A stretch of DNA of 63,963 nucleotides, the filler included, from Octopus bimaculoides (lineage: Eukaryota), in the NCBI RefSeq assembly GCF_001194135.2. It is 5 parts of 5 records of this genome, joined end to end, with 100 filler letters (N's around TTAATTAATTAA, not from the genome) between each part and the next. Parts side by side here need not be neighbours in the genome. Positions count along the whole stretch, not along the records: positions 28,814 to 55,418 come from NC_068981.1; 4 more parts are not named here. One strand, written 5' to 3'. Below are positions 37,481-50,008 of the stretch, piece by piece (the first letter of the stretch is position 1; the number at the start of each line of letters is the position of its first letter). Both the position numbers and the translations under genes were made by a program. A model generated the notes under the pieces. The model worked only from the letters and a program-made list of their open reading frames with translations, was not told where the DNA came from and searched no databases.

Positions 37481-37573
37481 CTCTTTTGCCGAACTGCTAA
37501 GTTATAGGGACGTAAACACCAACATCGGTTTCAAATGATGGCGAGGCCGGAGAACACACACACACACACACAC

Positions 37574-37604
<31 letters not shown>

Positions 37605-37770
37605 TGTATGTATGTATGTATGTATGTATGTATTTATAAATCCACTCACAAGGCTTTGATCGGCCCGAGGCTATAGTAAAGAAACAAAAAGCACCGACGG
37701 TGCTACGCAGTGGGACTGAACCCGGAACCATGTGGTTGGGAAGTAAGCTTCTTACCACATAGCCACGCTT
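37481..37770 (-). mobile_element. tRNA/CORE-type SINE with (TATG)n centre
   Basis: Reverse match to the family. Confidence 0.85.
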
Positions 37771-37783
37771 GCGTCTATACACA

Positions 37784-37821
<38 letters not shown>

Positions 37822-37822
<1 letters not shown>

Positions 37823-38029
37823 CTCTTCGAAACGCCTGTGTTAGAATGGGGGAAGCTGATGAAGGAGATGTTCTCTATGTGGCCTGTGTGTTTTCTGTAC
37901 CTTGTTTATCATTTTGTCTACGCTTTGTTTGCAATGTCCTGTACCCAGATACGCATCTATATATACATGTAGATGTAGGTATGTACATACATGTACGTAT
38001 ATATGCATATACTCATATATTATTTGTAT

Positions 38030-38063
<34 letters not shown>

Positions 38064-38424
38064 AGTTCGGCCAAGCATGATCTTTCTTTCTCGGCCTGAC
38101 CGCCGCCCGTACAACACCTTATTTTCCTGTCTCCTGACTTTCATCTACGTTTTTGCCTCAAGGCTTTCACTCCACACTCCAGCTTAACTTAACTTGTTCT
38201 TATTCCTTATTAGTCGAAAGACACCTGTTGTTATTCTCTTGTTGTTTGTCGTACACATTCCCTTGCTTTCTTCCAAAAATTTAATGCTCTTAGCTTAGAT
38301 TTTTGGGGCGTAGCAATTTTGAACAGGCCCGGGTGTAACTGGCCGAAACTGTAATGATTGTATCGCCTATCTGTCCGTATGTTTTTATTGTTGTCTGTTA
38401 CGGTCTTATTCTGTGTTTTTTTTT

Positions 38425-38459
<35 letters not shown>

Positions 38460-39643
38460 ATAATAAGGAAAATGAAGAATTTGAAAAGTCAAACTTTGTG
38501 CTTATTTACAGCTGGTTTATACATAATAATTGTCCGACATGTGTTTCGATTGCATTAATTGCATATTGTTACATATTTATATGCAGCGATTTATGCATTA
38601 TTAGTACGATGTCTTCAGGGTGTATGAATATTACATTGTTCGAAGAGGAATTTTCCTCCGTTATTAGTTTAACCTAGGCTTGGTAGCAGTAGTAATGCTG
38701 CTGAATTCTACCCAAACAATCAGTTGTGAAAAACAGCTCATCGATGAACACCAGAGTTTACTGCTACTGTTACCAAGCCTAAGCCAAACTAATAACGGAG
38801 GAAAATACCTCTTCGAACAATATCATATTTATACACTCTGAAGAGATTCTACTAATAATGCATAAATCGCTGCATATAAATATGCAATTAATGCGATCGA
38901 AACACGTGTCGGACAATTATTATGAATAAACCAACTGTAAATATGCATAAAGTTTGAATGTTCAAATTCATTCTCCTTATTATCAGTATTGTACTTTAGA
39001 CTCTAAGTAGCCAGGAAAAAACTGTAACATCGGACGGGAGTGAAAGGAAATTTACCATAAAACGCACCATCTGAAGCAACTAGCCTTGGGATTTTGCATA
39101 GAGATATTTGGTATCTGCCTGGATATTATATACCTCTTCATACTATATATATATGTATATATATATATACATACATCGACCATCTTTCTCTTCCATACGT
39201 GATCATCTTTCTTTTCTTTCACAGCTGCCGTAAGGACAGCAGGTACCCTATCTCTCTCTTATATGATTTCTCTTGTCAAAGAAAATATTTCTCCAGTGTT
39301 CACTATTTTTACTCTCGTTCTGGTCTAACGACCCTCCATGTTTGATTTCGTTCGGTTTCCTTGTTTGTCTCCACTGTCCTGTTTTTGTTCTCAAATTTGA
39401 CCCCCATCAGTCCTAAATTTTATTTTGGCACGCATGGGAGCAACTGTCTTGGAAGACTCATATTGTCGTTCAATGCTTGAAATGAAGAGTAGATAGACAG
39501 CAGACAACTGACAAAGGGTCTTTCTTTATGCTACTTGTCCTGTTTTCCATTTGTTTCTCTCGTTGTTTGCGTATTTAACTCATTTGCTTTCGTATTCATG
39601 ATGTTTATTGTTTGGTGACGTCCTGTACCCATATATGCATGTT

Positions 39644-39690
<47 letters not shown>

Positions 39691-40083
39691 GTGTATGTGT
39701 GTGTACATATGTATACATATACATATATGGACTCACACACATACACACATATATATAATCAAAACATCTGTGGTTGGCCCTAGGCAGATCTGGATTATAT
39801 CAGAGAACCAATATGGTACCTACCCAGATTCCAAATCCCTATTGTTTTACGTTATATATATATATAAAAAACAAATAATAAATGAGTGTATGCATATATA
39901 CGTACAGGTATGCGCATACCTACGTCTACCTGTATATATAGGTGCATATTTGGGTACAGGACGTTGCAAACAAAACGTAGACAAGAAACTAATAATAACC
40001 AGAGTACAGAAAACACACAAGCCACATAGAGAACATTTTCCTTCATCAGCTACCCCTGTTTTAACACCGGCGTTTCGAAGAGT
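37822..40083. repeat. Inverted pair of ~205-bp repeats (37822-38027 and 39871-40083), possibly Penelope-like terminal sequence
   Basis: ACTCTTCGAAACGCC..GCTGATGAAGG..GTTCTCTATGTGGC..CCTGTACCCA present on + then on - strand. Confidence 0.75.
38458..38985. repeat. 528-bp fold-back: ~235-bp inverted arms, ~62-bp loop
   Basis: TGATAATAAGG..GGCTTGGTAGCAGTAG mirrored by ..TACCAAGCC..CCTTATTATCA. Confidence 0.9.
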
Positions 40084-41008
40084 TGGGCAGGACGCATCGT
40101 TAAAACGGCTCTTCCCATGGACCGCAAATTAAATTTGTATACACAAATTAAACCTGTGCCATGGAGGAATGTAGTGGCGGACAAAAAACAAGACAGGAAA
40201 ACAAACGGAAAAGAAAACAAGACAGGAAAACAAACGGAAAAGGCTATGCGGCCTGACGAGAAAAATTATGTGTATATGAACGCTGTGAGGCACGAACTGA
40301 AAGTAGGGACGAAGTAAGTTCGCGTGTTTGCTCGGCGATAGCCAAGGAAGAAAAGGATTAGTGACCGGAAGCATGTGACCAGGCAGGGGTAAGGAAGAGA
40401 GAGAGAGTGGTAGAGGGAGAAACAAAGGGAGGAAGTAGAAGAATAGGTGAGCAACGAGAGAAAGAGAGGCAGAGAGGAATATAGTAGTAACAGATGGAAG
40501 AACGAGAGGGGAAATATATATATATATATTTCCCCTCTCGTTCTTCCATCTGTTACTACTATATTCCTCTCTGCCTCNNNNNNNNNNNNNNNNNNNNNNN
40601 NNNNNNNNNNNNNNNNNNNNNNNNNNNNNNNNNNNNNNNNNNNNNNNNNNNNNNNNNNNNNNNNNNNNNNNNNNNNNNNNNNNNNNNNNNNNNNNNNNNN
40701 NNNNNNNNNNNNNNNNNNNNNNNNNNNNNNNNNNNNNNNNNNNNNNNNNNNNNNNNNNNNNNNNNNNNNNNNNNNNNNNNNNNNNNNNNNNNNNNNNNNN
40801 NNNNNNNNNNNNNNNNNNNNNNNNNNNNNNNNNNNNNNNNNNNNNNNNNNNNNNNNNNNNNNNNNNNNNNNNNNNNNNNNNNNNNNNNNNNNNNNNNNNN
40901 NNNNNNNNNNNNNGGGATAAAATTCCAAATTTACAGGTAAAAACTCAATTATACTTATTTATCGCGCATTTACTTAATAATTTTTCTAGATGTTTTTTTT
41001 CTAAAACG

Positions 41009-41039
<31 letters not shown>

Positions 41040-41044
41040 AAAAA

Positions 41045-41230
41045 AGAACACCAAAAACACAACAACGTGAGGACGTGGTACATGTAAAGTATTAGCAGGC
41101 GCTCAGGGAAGGAAAGAAAGATGGTTTAACGTTTCGAGCAGATACTGTTCTTCGGAAACAGAGGAAAGTTCAATAGAAGGGAGGTGGAGGGAAAAAAATC
41201 GCCAATGGTGATTACATGTGGTTACATTTT
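41045..41230 (-). mobile_element. Short repeat with a degenerate hammerhead-like motif (41124-41159)
   Basis: Minus strand reads GTTT CCGAAGA ACAGTATCTGCTC GAAACGTT AAAC. Confidence 0.45.
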
Positions 41231-41244
41231 GAAAAAAATATATA

Positions 41245-41518
41245 TATCAATTAAATATAAGGATAAAATCTATATAAGATTTTATCAAGTAACCACCGTG
41301 TAAAACCAATTAAGCTAAAAAATTAATACGAAGTATATAATTTTAAAAAATACATTATTACATCAAGAGCTGTAACTATAAGTTACTGTAAGTTAAGCCA
41401 CACGCTGGAAAGTGACAAAATCAAAACACTTCGTATTAATTTTTTTACTTTAATTGGTTTTACACGCTGGTTACATGATAACATTTTATATAGATTTTAT
41501 CCTTATATTTAATTGATA
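41245..41518. repeat. AT-rich fold-back/MITE with ~90-bp inverted arms
   Basis: TATCAATTAAATATAAGGATAAAATCTATATA..ATTAATACGAAGT mirrored at 41428-41518. Confidence 0.85.
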
Positions 41519-41896
41519 AATATTAAACCGGTACATATTCAGTGCTGAATTATTTTGGTTATACACACGTGGCTGGGATGAACAAGATAGAACATTTTTA
41601 CATGGATATATAAGTGTGAACATATGTATATACTCTGTGGATACGCTGTGTTCGTATGGTATGCATAAGTGTTCATATTTATATATTTCTGTTTATGTCT
41701 GCACTGACGAATGGAGAGCGTGTTACAGCACTGACTATGAAATCGTTTCGATATGCAACTGAACCTTTTAAAAGAATTTTTTTCTTTGTTCATTTCCTCG
41801 ATTTCAGCGTGCGTGTGTATATTTGATAAAGTAGTTTGATTTTAGCGTCACTTTGATTTTGGCTTTACTTACAGTAACAGCCCTTAATGTAATAAT

Positions 41897-41932
<36 letters not shown>

Positions 41933-41999
41933 ACATACAATAACAACTAACGACACTTTATTTCGAATACCTAGACAGCTTTAATTCCCCCGACTTGTC

Positions 42000-42430
42000 A
42001 CTTGATAAGATTATAAACCTTCTCAGATCGGCCACTATGCACTTTGCAGGGCTCAAAAAGAGAATCTTTTTCCAGAACCATCTTCACCACCATACTAAGA
42101 TTGTCGTCCATATACTGTCCATATTTCCGTTTGCATGCGAGACCCTGAGAGATGAATCACATGCAGACGATATATTAAACCCCTTGATGCCTTTAACATC
42201 CGATGTCTATAAATGATCCGTCAAGTATCCTGAAGAGATAGGATTATGCGCTGAAATTATCCTTTGAACCAACACCGGTAGCATCGAACCTACACTGCAG
42301 AGGCGTCAACTGGGATATCGGACATAGCGAGCATGTCTGACATCTGTAGGATCTTCAAAGGCCAGCTGCCCCCGTGAACATCGTCTGGTTGGAGCGCCAA
42401 AGAAACTCTTCAAAGAACCAACTGAATACC
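42000..42430 (+). mobile_element. RTE/BovB LINE 3' ORF relic
   Basis: LKKRIFFQNHLHHHTKIVV.. and RIFKGQLPREHRLVGAPKKLFKE resemble RTE C-terminal motifs; many stops and frameshifts. Confidence 0.65.
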
Positions 42431-42565
42431 CTATTAAAAAGAAATAAGTGTTAATAGTTCAAAGGTGGAGGGTATGGCATCGCTGGATGGGGGATTGAAA
42501 GTATGGAAGAGAAAGACACTCAGTATTTTAAGATACGAGATACGAGAAAAAAAGATCTACATGCA

Positions 42566-42637
42566 GAACATGTCCTGTCTAGCTAAACATGTCCTGTCTA
42601 GCTAAACATGTCCTGTCTAGCTAAACATGTCCTGTCT
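42566..42637. repeat. 19-bp minisatellite, ~3.8 units (AAACATGTCCTGTCTAGCT)
   Basis: Direct. Confidence 0.9.
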
Positions 42638-43089
42638 GCAAACAAAGCTGCACGTCAAGAATTGGGATATGCAATCACCAAAGAACTCACGATTATCACC
42701 GTCGAATTCCATATATAACCATAAGTATGTATGTACCTATATATGTGTACATGAATGTGCGTATGTATGTGTGTATGTATGTATGTATGTATGTATGTAT
42801 GTATGTATGTGTGCATGCATGTTTATAGCTATTCTTGTATCTATGTGTTTATGTGAGTGAAAGTATGTATGCATGTATGTATGTATGTATGTATGTATGT
42901 ATGTATGTATGTATGTATGTCATTATTCAGTTTTATTTCAAGATTTCTTGTCAAAGAGAAAAAAAAAAAACGATTTCTAACCTAGATCTAAAGTTCCTTC
43001 ATTTACTTTTTTTCCAAATTTTTTTTTTTTTGGTAATCCAGGGAGAAAAAAAAAAGCAGAGTACGAATCATTAAAATTTTCTTCTTCCC

Positions 43090-43424
43090 TTTTTCTTAAA
43101 GAAACACTAAAATCTCCTTCCCAAACATCCACCCATCACTTCACCACTTTCAAAAAGCTACAAACTCCCAATGTTTCACTTTTAGCTTTTTGGAAAGCGA
43201 GGAAGTTTTTTCAGAAATAATGTCGTTTACCTGTTGTTTCTAGTATGTCGGGTTTTCTGGTTGTGGTCTAGTATTTTTTTACGTTTGCTATTGCAGTACA
43301 ATTATACGCATGCGTGAAACATCAGACGAAAGTGAAACATTGGGAGATTTTAGCTTTTTGAAAGCGGGTAGGTGATGGGTGGACGAGGTGGGGGAAGGGG
43401 TATTGAGTGTTCTTTTAAGAAAAA
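43090..43424. repeat. Fold-back element with ~95-bp diverged inverted arms
   Basis: TCCACCCATCAC..CTTTCAAAAAGCTA..CTCCCAATGTTTCACTTT mirrored at 43329-43424. Confidence 0.8.
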
Positions 43425-43825
43425 TTAAACTTAAAAAAATACATGTTTCCCAGATTCGCAATCTCTGTATTTTTCTACTTGGATTTTTAAAAACGTTCGA
43501 AAAAGAGTTACAAATCAAACTGAGATGGGGACGGGGAGGAGTAAAAATGTTCAAAACGTGATTTCTGGACAAAGTCGTATTAACCCCCTTTTATACGATG
43601 AAACAATACATAGTTCATGATCCTTCTTAAGAACAGAAAGCACTTTCATGACACTCTATGCAAATTGTACCCTCCCCTCTTCACTTTTAAACAACCAATA
43701 ACTTCCATTACGCCAGTGATCCAGTTCACGATATATCAGCTGTGCCGATTTTGCCCTTAAGAAAGGAACAAATAATACAATGTAGCTGTAGATCATAACA
43801 CCCGGGTAACGCTGGAATGCATTGC

Positions 43826-43952
<127 letters not shown>

Positions 43953-44479
43953 TGTGTACATACACTTTATATTATTAGACGCACCAGCAATAGCAAACTT
44001 TAAACAAAACATTGGTGTGTGGTGTGTTTTTTTCTTTCTAATTTATTGCCCCCAAACTATAATCAGTTGTTGACAACTTTCCATATTCGATCGCTAATGT
44101 TGATTTGGTAGTTAAAAATGAGAGTTAAAGGAGATTGACAGTTAAATTTCTTTTCTATTATGAAGAAAAGAAAACCTGCTGTTGAAGTTGATTATTGACT
44201 TTTGAGAGGTCTTCATTAGATTTCAAAATCTATTATTTTTAGAACGATATTTATCTATGTACGTTTGTTTTTGTCTACCACATGCCGCTGAATTTGATTC
44301 TTAGCTACTTGGTTACGTAAGTAATTTATAACTATATCTTGCTCCCGGTTTGCGAATCTATATCTTCCAAATTTTGAAGTGATTCTGATATCGATCTGAG
44401 AACTACAAAATTAATTGTTTGAGTCAAGTTTCTTTATAAAAATAGGTTGACATTTGTTACTGTTTGTATCTTCTTTTAT

Positions 44480-44700
44480 TTTATCTTTTATTTGTTTCAG
44501 TCATTAGACTGCGGCCATGCTGGGGCACCGCCTTGAAGAATTTTTAGTCGAATGTGTCGACCCCAGTACTTATTTTTTAAAAGCCTGGTACTTATTCTAT
44601 CAGTCCATATAACTGAACCGCTAAGTTACGGAGACATAAGCACACCAATACTGGTTGTCAAGCGGCGGTGGTGATGGTGATGTGGGGAGGGGGCAAATAC
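44480..44700 (-). mobile_element. SINE 3' half
   Basis: Reverse match to 25610-25803. Confidence 0.75.
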
Positions 44701-44732
44701 AGACACAGAGACACACACATATGCACGCACGT

Positions 44733-44769
<37 letters not shown>

Positions 44770-45044
44770 AACAAACACATCACACACAGACNNNNNNNNN
44801 NNNNNNNNNNNNNNNNNNNNNNNNNNNNNNNNNNNNNNNNCAATTAAATGAGGTAACTAGTTAGCAGAGTTTCCCCGAAAATGAAAATAAATGTCATCAA
44901 ATATGACTGAGGGTGTTAGAACACCTACACTGCTAGAAATAAAAGCTAAAGGACTCTATTGTTGCTGTCAGCGCACATATAATTGTATACTTACTTGCCG
45001 GCAGCGGCAGTAGATGGTAAAGGAAACACACGACACTACCACAT

Positions 45045-46155
45045 TTATTCGATATGACCACCACTTCTGTTTCGAATCCAGGTGCGAATGCTTCACACGC
45101 GACCCGCAGCTGTTCTTGCGGAATCAAAGCTCATTCCTGAAGCAGTTTTGCCTTCAGAGCGTCGAGCAAAGCATGAGGAGTGCTCGAGACCCTGTCTCTA
45201 AATGGACCAAACAGAAAAAATCCAACGGATTTAGATCGGAGCTTCTTGAGGGCATACATCCTTGCCAATGAACGACGGAATATTTTTCTGAATCCAGGCT
45301 GTGCGATGGTATCGAGTCCTGTTAGAGGTTCCAAGGTGCGCTTTAAAAGTGCTCATTCGACCATGGAAGTAATTCATCTTCCAGAATGTCGCTAATGTAT
45401 CACTGGGGTAATGGTTTTTAACATTTGAGGGCACAAACACGAATTGAGACCTTCCAGTGACTGTCACAGCCGCCCAAACTATAACTGACTGGATTTTGAC
45501 GTCGATTTACAAGTCTACCCTCGACGGAGCCAGATACACTCCAAAGTCGGTCATTCTGATGGTTTACTGCCTGTTCGATATCAAATTTCTTTTCATCGGT
45601 GAACATCAGGTTAGGCAGCGTGCATTCAGTAATCTGACGCAGGATAGACGACTTCTCTCCAGTCTCATGTCCTAATAAACTTGTGTGAGCTCATGACGGC
45701 GGATCATCTTGTAGGGGTGGATCCTGAGATCCTCCTTCAGCACTCGATACATCGATATTCGGCTTATTTTTGCTGTGGCAGCCAGTTTCCTGACGGAACG
45801 ATGAGGATTTCGCCGTATCTTTTTTCTGATACGTTTGATAAGCTGAAGGGTCCACACACTTCTTTTTCGGTGGAACCAGTCTCTTCAAATTTCTTGACAA
45901 TTTTCCAGACTGTTGTTCGGTTAATTCTAAGCTTCTTTGCTATAGCTGTATTATTTTCGCCTCATTTGTGGAGGGTTATGATTGTATTTCGGTCTATAGC
46001 CATTATCTACTTAATAAATCTGAATTTATTTAGTCTGAAACAAAAAGAAGACAGACTTAACTTTTATAATGATGCATAATTTTCATATCTTATCGCATAC
46101 ATTGATAGTTAATAAAGCCCGAAACTTCGGTTGCCTTAATTTCGGGACACCCTAT
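45045..46155 (-). mobile_element. Near-full-length degenerate maT/DD37D-like transposon
   Basis: TIR TAGGGTGTCCCGAAATTAAGG at the 46155 end; RNPHRSVRKLA HTH, FTDEKKF, QNDR, QDSIPSH, SDLNPLDF motifs across frameshifts; second TIR not found. Confidence 0.85.
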
Positions 46156-46219
46156 ATANNNNNNNNNNNNNNNNNNNNNNNNNNNNNNNNNNNNNNNNNN
46201 NNNNNNNNNNNNNNNNNCA

Positions 46220-46410
46220 CATACACACATACACATGCACACAAAAACATATATATACGACGGGCTTCTTTCAGTTTCCATCTACCAAATCTACTCTCAA
46301 GTCTTTGGTCGGCCCAAGGCAATAGTAGAAGATACTTGCACAAGGCGCAACGTAGTGAGACTGAACCTGCAACCATGCTGTTGGGAAGCAAGGTTCTTAC
46401 CACACAGTTA
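46220..46410 (-). mobile_element. tRNA/CORE-type SINE 5' half
   Basis: Reverse match to the family. Confidence 0.85.
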
Positions 46411-47549
46411 TGCCTGCACCAACTTCTTACCAACTTCTTACCAACTTCTTACCACACAACCACCGAAATAAAACCAGCATGCTCGATTCCACAAAACACT
46501 TATCCAGTCAAAACTTCCCTACTTAATACTATACATGTACATAATAGAGAAGTGAAGGAAGTAACTAGAATTGTTTGGCCATTAATGGATTGTCTCAATA
46601 TGATGATGTGCGGTTACGTGAAGCAGTGACTATGATATCGAGTTGTTGAGGCTTCATCGGAACAAATTCCATCCATCGGAAACACAGGTTCCCATATATA
46701 AGGCTGGAATTGGATTTGGATCAAATTAAATATTTGAGTAGAGATATTATTATTGATAAAATGGCAATGTTCGGTTGTTGTCAATTGTTGTTATTTTGTA
46801 TAGTTAGTGCACATAAATTTACATACTCATACATACTTGGAATTTAAATAAAAATCTAGAACTGCACCAATGGATTTCTGTTGGTTTCTTTACTTTACTT
46901 GTAAAAAGTTACTTTACTCGTAAACATTACTGACAATCTCTCATCAATCTTTCCAGAAATGTTAGCAAGATGCCAGTCACATTTATTCGGTGAATAATTA
47001 GTGGTTAAGAAACCAGTATGAAACCATTGGTACTTGGTTCTATTTCCGTTAGCAACCAGTTCATTATTAACGTACATGTATGTATGTATGTATGCATGCA
47101 TGTAGTTGGGGAAAAATGAGTAATTATCAATTTCTCATTATTTTCTCACGTTCTGTTTGAAACCATTACATTGCAAGTATTGCATCACCATTTTGTACTC
47201 TTGTGTCAGCTCTAGGAGTAAACATTAGCCACCATAGTTGTTGTTGCAGTTGAGAGAGTTTGAAACATAGTCAGGTAATACGTCCTTTTTCAAGAGATGT
47301 TTTTTTCAATTTTGACCCAATTGTAATTGAGGTTGCTAATAAGATATCAAGATCGTTTTTGGTGTTTAAAAACCAATGTTCTTTTCGCTATTGAACTGTA
47401 CATCAATTTGTTTCCTACATTAATATCCAATTTGATGATTTTCAATTTTCAAAAAATGATGTCTAAATTGGAGAAAATGAGTGATGACTAATTTCAGTAA
47501 TTTCTTCTTTTTAAATACACGGTGCATAGATGTATCAGGACAAGAGTCA

Positions 47550-48070
47550 GGTGGAGTTCTACTTCAAGCACCCCATTTACCACTTCATAACTTTTTTATT
47601 TTTTGGAATTTCAGAAAATTTTTACGAATTTGTATTCTACACACAGGAATTCATAAGACTGTGAAACAAAAATTATGTGTGATTTAAGGGCTATCTAGCT
47701 GTTATCTTTAGCACATCTCACGACCACCTAATACCTACCTCCTTTGTTTGCCACGGTGAAATATCGATGTTTTTCAATACCTTTCTCCCCATAAACGTAT
47801 TTAAAGGTCTATCGCTGGGGTTTGAACCAAAAATTCGGATTGTATTTTAAACTGTGATTTAAAAAGAAAAAAATTCAAAAAATGTCTTTTAATAATTTTT
47901 TTTTTAAATTTCGAAAAATTAAAAACAAATATTCTCTTTTTCATAGTTGCATGAGTTCCCGTTTGGAGAAATTTTTTGAAAATTCCAAAAAGTAAAAGGA
48001 GTTATGACTTGCTTCAACCAGATTTCTGCCGTGAGCCACTCCAGCACATTGTGAAGAAGCTATAGAGTGT
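47550..48070. repeat. Unclassified DNA-transposon-like relic with inverted subterminal blocks
   Basis: CATAACTTTTTATTTTTTGGAATTTCAGAAAATTT at ~47586 mirrored by AAATTTTTTGAAAATTCCAAAAAGTAAAAGGAGTTATG at ~47970. Confidence 0.45.
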
Positions 48071-49074
48071 ATTTTATGTTGAGTTTTTTTTTTATCTTTT
48101 GGATGGGTTTCGTTAATTCCGTATCGTGCCATTTATCCATGGTCCTCTTTCATTTGACCTAGATATTTTAAATTTTTGTTGAATTTCTGATCTTTGCGAT
48201 GTCTAAGAATGGATATTGATGCATATGAGTTTTTTGGGTCTTTTTTGCAAATGTAACTCTGGAGAATTAAAGAGGCATTTACTTTATCTTGTCTTACTCA
48301 TTTTGCCCCGTCTAAATTTGTCTCTTATACGCTCAAAGAGAATGGACATAAGTTTCTGAAATAGGGTTCTGAATCTATTATAGTGTTTTATACTATAACA
48401 GTGAAAAACACGTCATTTGCTTAGCTGATGTAGTTTCTGTTTGGTAATGAGCATTTGTGAAAAATAAATTTTATTTTCAAAGTAAAAAATGCAGTAAATA
48501 TTACTCATTGTGCCCCACCAACACTTACTGGATACTGGAAAAGCAGACTTTCGGAATAATTGTCCCATATATATTGGAATTCCCTCGTTTTTATCAGGAT
48601 TTTTCCTTTTTTCATGCATTGCAAAACAGTAAACGGAAAATTTTTTAAAAGAAAAATTTAAAAAAGTTCGGCATTTTCAGTCGTTTATTTAAACTTTCTC
48701 TGCTAACTCGTCAAATTCAATTACATGCAATAGATGCGTTTCGAGATTTAGATTTGTTAATTTTCCAAGATCTTAATTTTTGCATATGAGAGGATCACCA
48801 AATTTGAAGTTCCTCAAGCTCCCCATGCTTTAAATCTGGTCCTGACAATTGTTAATTAGGTTTTATATCAACCTTCCTCTCGTTTTTTTTTTCATGTTTT
48901 CTTATGTACCAGTATCGTGGTTTTCAGTTAGGACTATGTGCACTGAACCTGAAAGATTGCTTGTGGACAAAATCTGTGGATAAATCTGCTGACCCATCGA
49001 GTTTCCATGGCATGAAACTATTAGTAGCTCTTATTTCAACTCAGTGTACGTTGAATTATGCATGTATGTATGTA

Positions 49075-49800
49075 CGTACAAGATGCATTCAAAAAGTTTT
49101 GAAACTATTTTCAGGAGAGACAATTATTAATTTGAAAGAAATACAAAATACTAATCTCCTTCAAACTAGGATTCTGTAGCTTCAATAACCTTTTAGCGCT
49201 GTTCAGCCACTTTGTGAAGGTTACTTGAAAGTCACATCCACCTTCAGCTTCAGCTTGGGGAATAACCAAAAGTCACACGGAGCAAAAATATCGATTTTAG
49301 GGAGAATGAGGGATAGTTTTGATGCCATCTATGTAAAGTAGTTGGCTAACAAGATAGAATTGTGGACTGGTGATTTGTGCTGGAGCCGGCGTTCAGGCCT
49401 TTTGCGACGAAATACCTTCCTGAACTCCTTCAAAAATTTCCACAAAGTACTCTTTGTTTAACCTCCGGCCAGAGAGAACCCAATGGATGTTGATGATGCC
49501 TTCTCTCTCGAAAAAGAGATCATCATAAGCTTCTCGGCTGACTTGCTTTGCCTGGTCTCTTGTGACAACGAAAAAGGGATGCTTGGCTCATACAAGTTAA
49601 TCCAAAAGCAGTCTTGAATATTTCATCAGACGCTGTAGCATTGTTTTACCCAGTTTAACAAAACACTGTACTTCATAGTGAGTTTCCAAGTTGTTCTCAC
49701 GTCTAGACTGCATTCTGCAAACTAGTCAGCTGTAACAATCAGTGTTTAATAGGGTGTGTTCAAAGTGGTATTGCAGCTGTCGCCTTCAATCTGGAATAAC
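49075..49800 (-). mobile_element. Degenerate mariner (DD34D) relic
   Basis: Minus strand PCDFWLFPKLK preceded by a PHSP-like motif at ~49245-49310. Confidence 0.7.
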
Positions 49801-50008
49801 AAGTTTGCAGGTAAGCTTATTATTGTATTGTAATGATCTACTAAAAATAAAAAGAAATTAGGCCACTTTTAACTGCGTCTCCTGAAGCTTCTAGAATGCA
49901 CTTCATGTTCGTATATATATATAAATATCGTTGGACTTCCCGAAATACAACAATATCTGTTTCAACACACGATTTCACATCAGGAATCTTGCAACACAAA
50001 TTCATATA

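Noticed and set aside
37822-37870. Type-II hammerhead fold (GAAAC before CTGATGA)
   Set aside because: Helix II can form in one copy, but helix I cannot in either copy
43656-43817. Exon-like minus-strand frame RYPGVMIYSY..GRVQFA after (CA)n
   Set aside because: Weak acceptor, no partner exon, no recognisable homology
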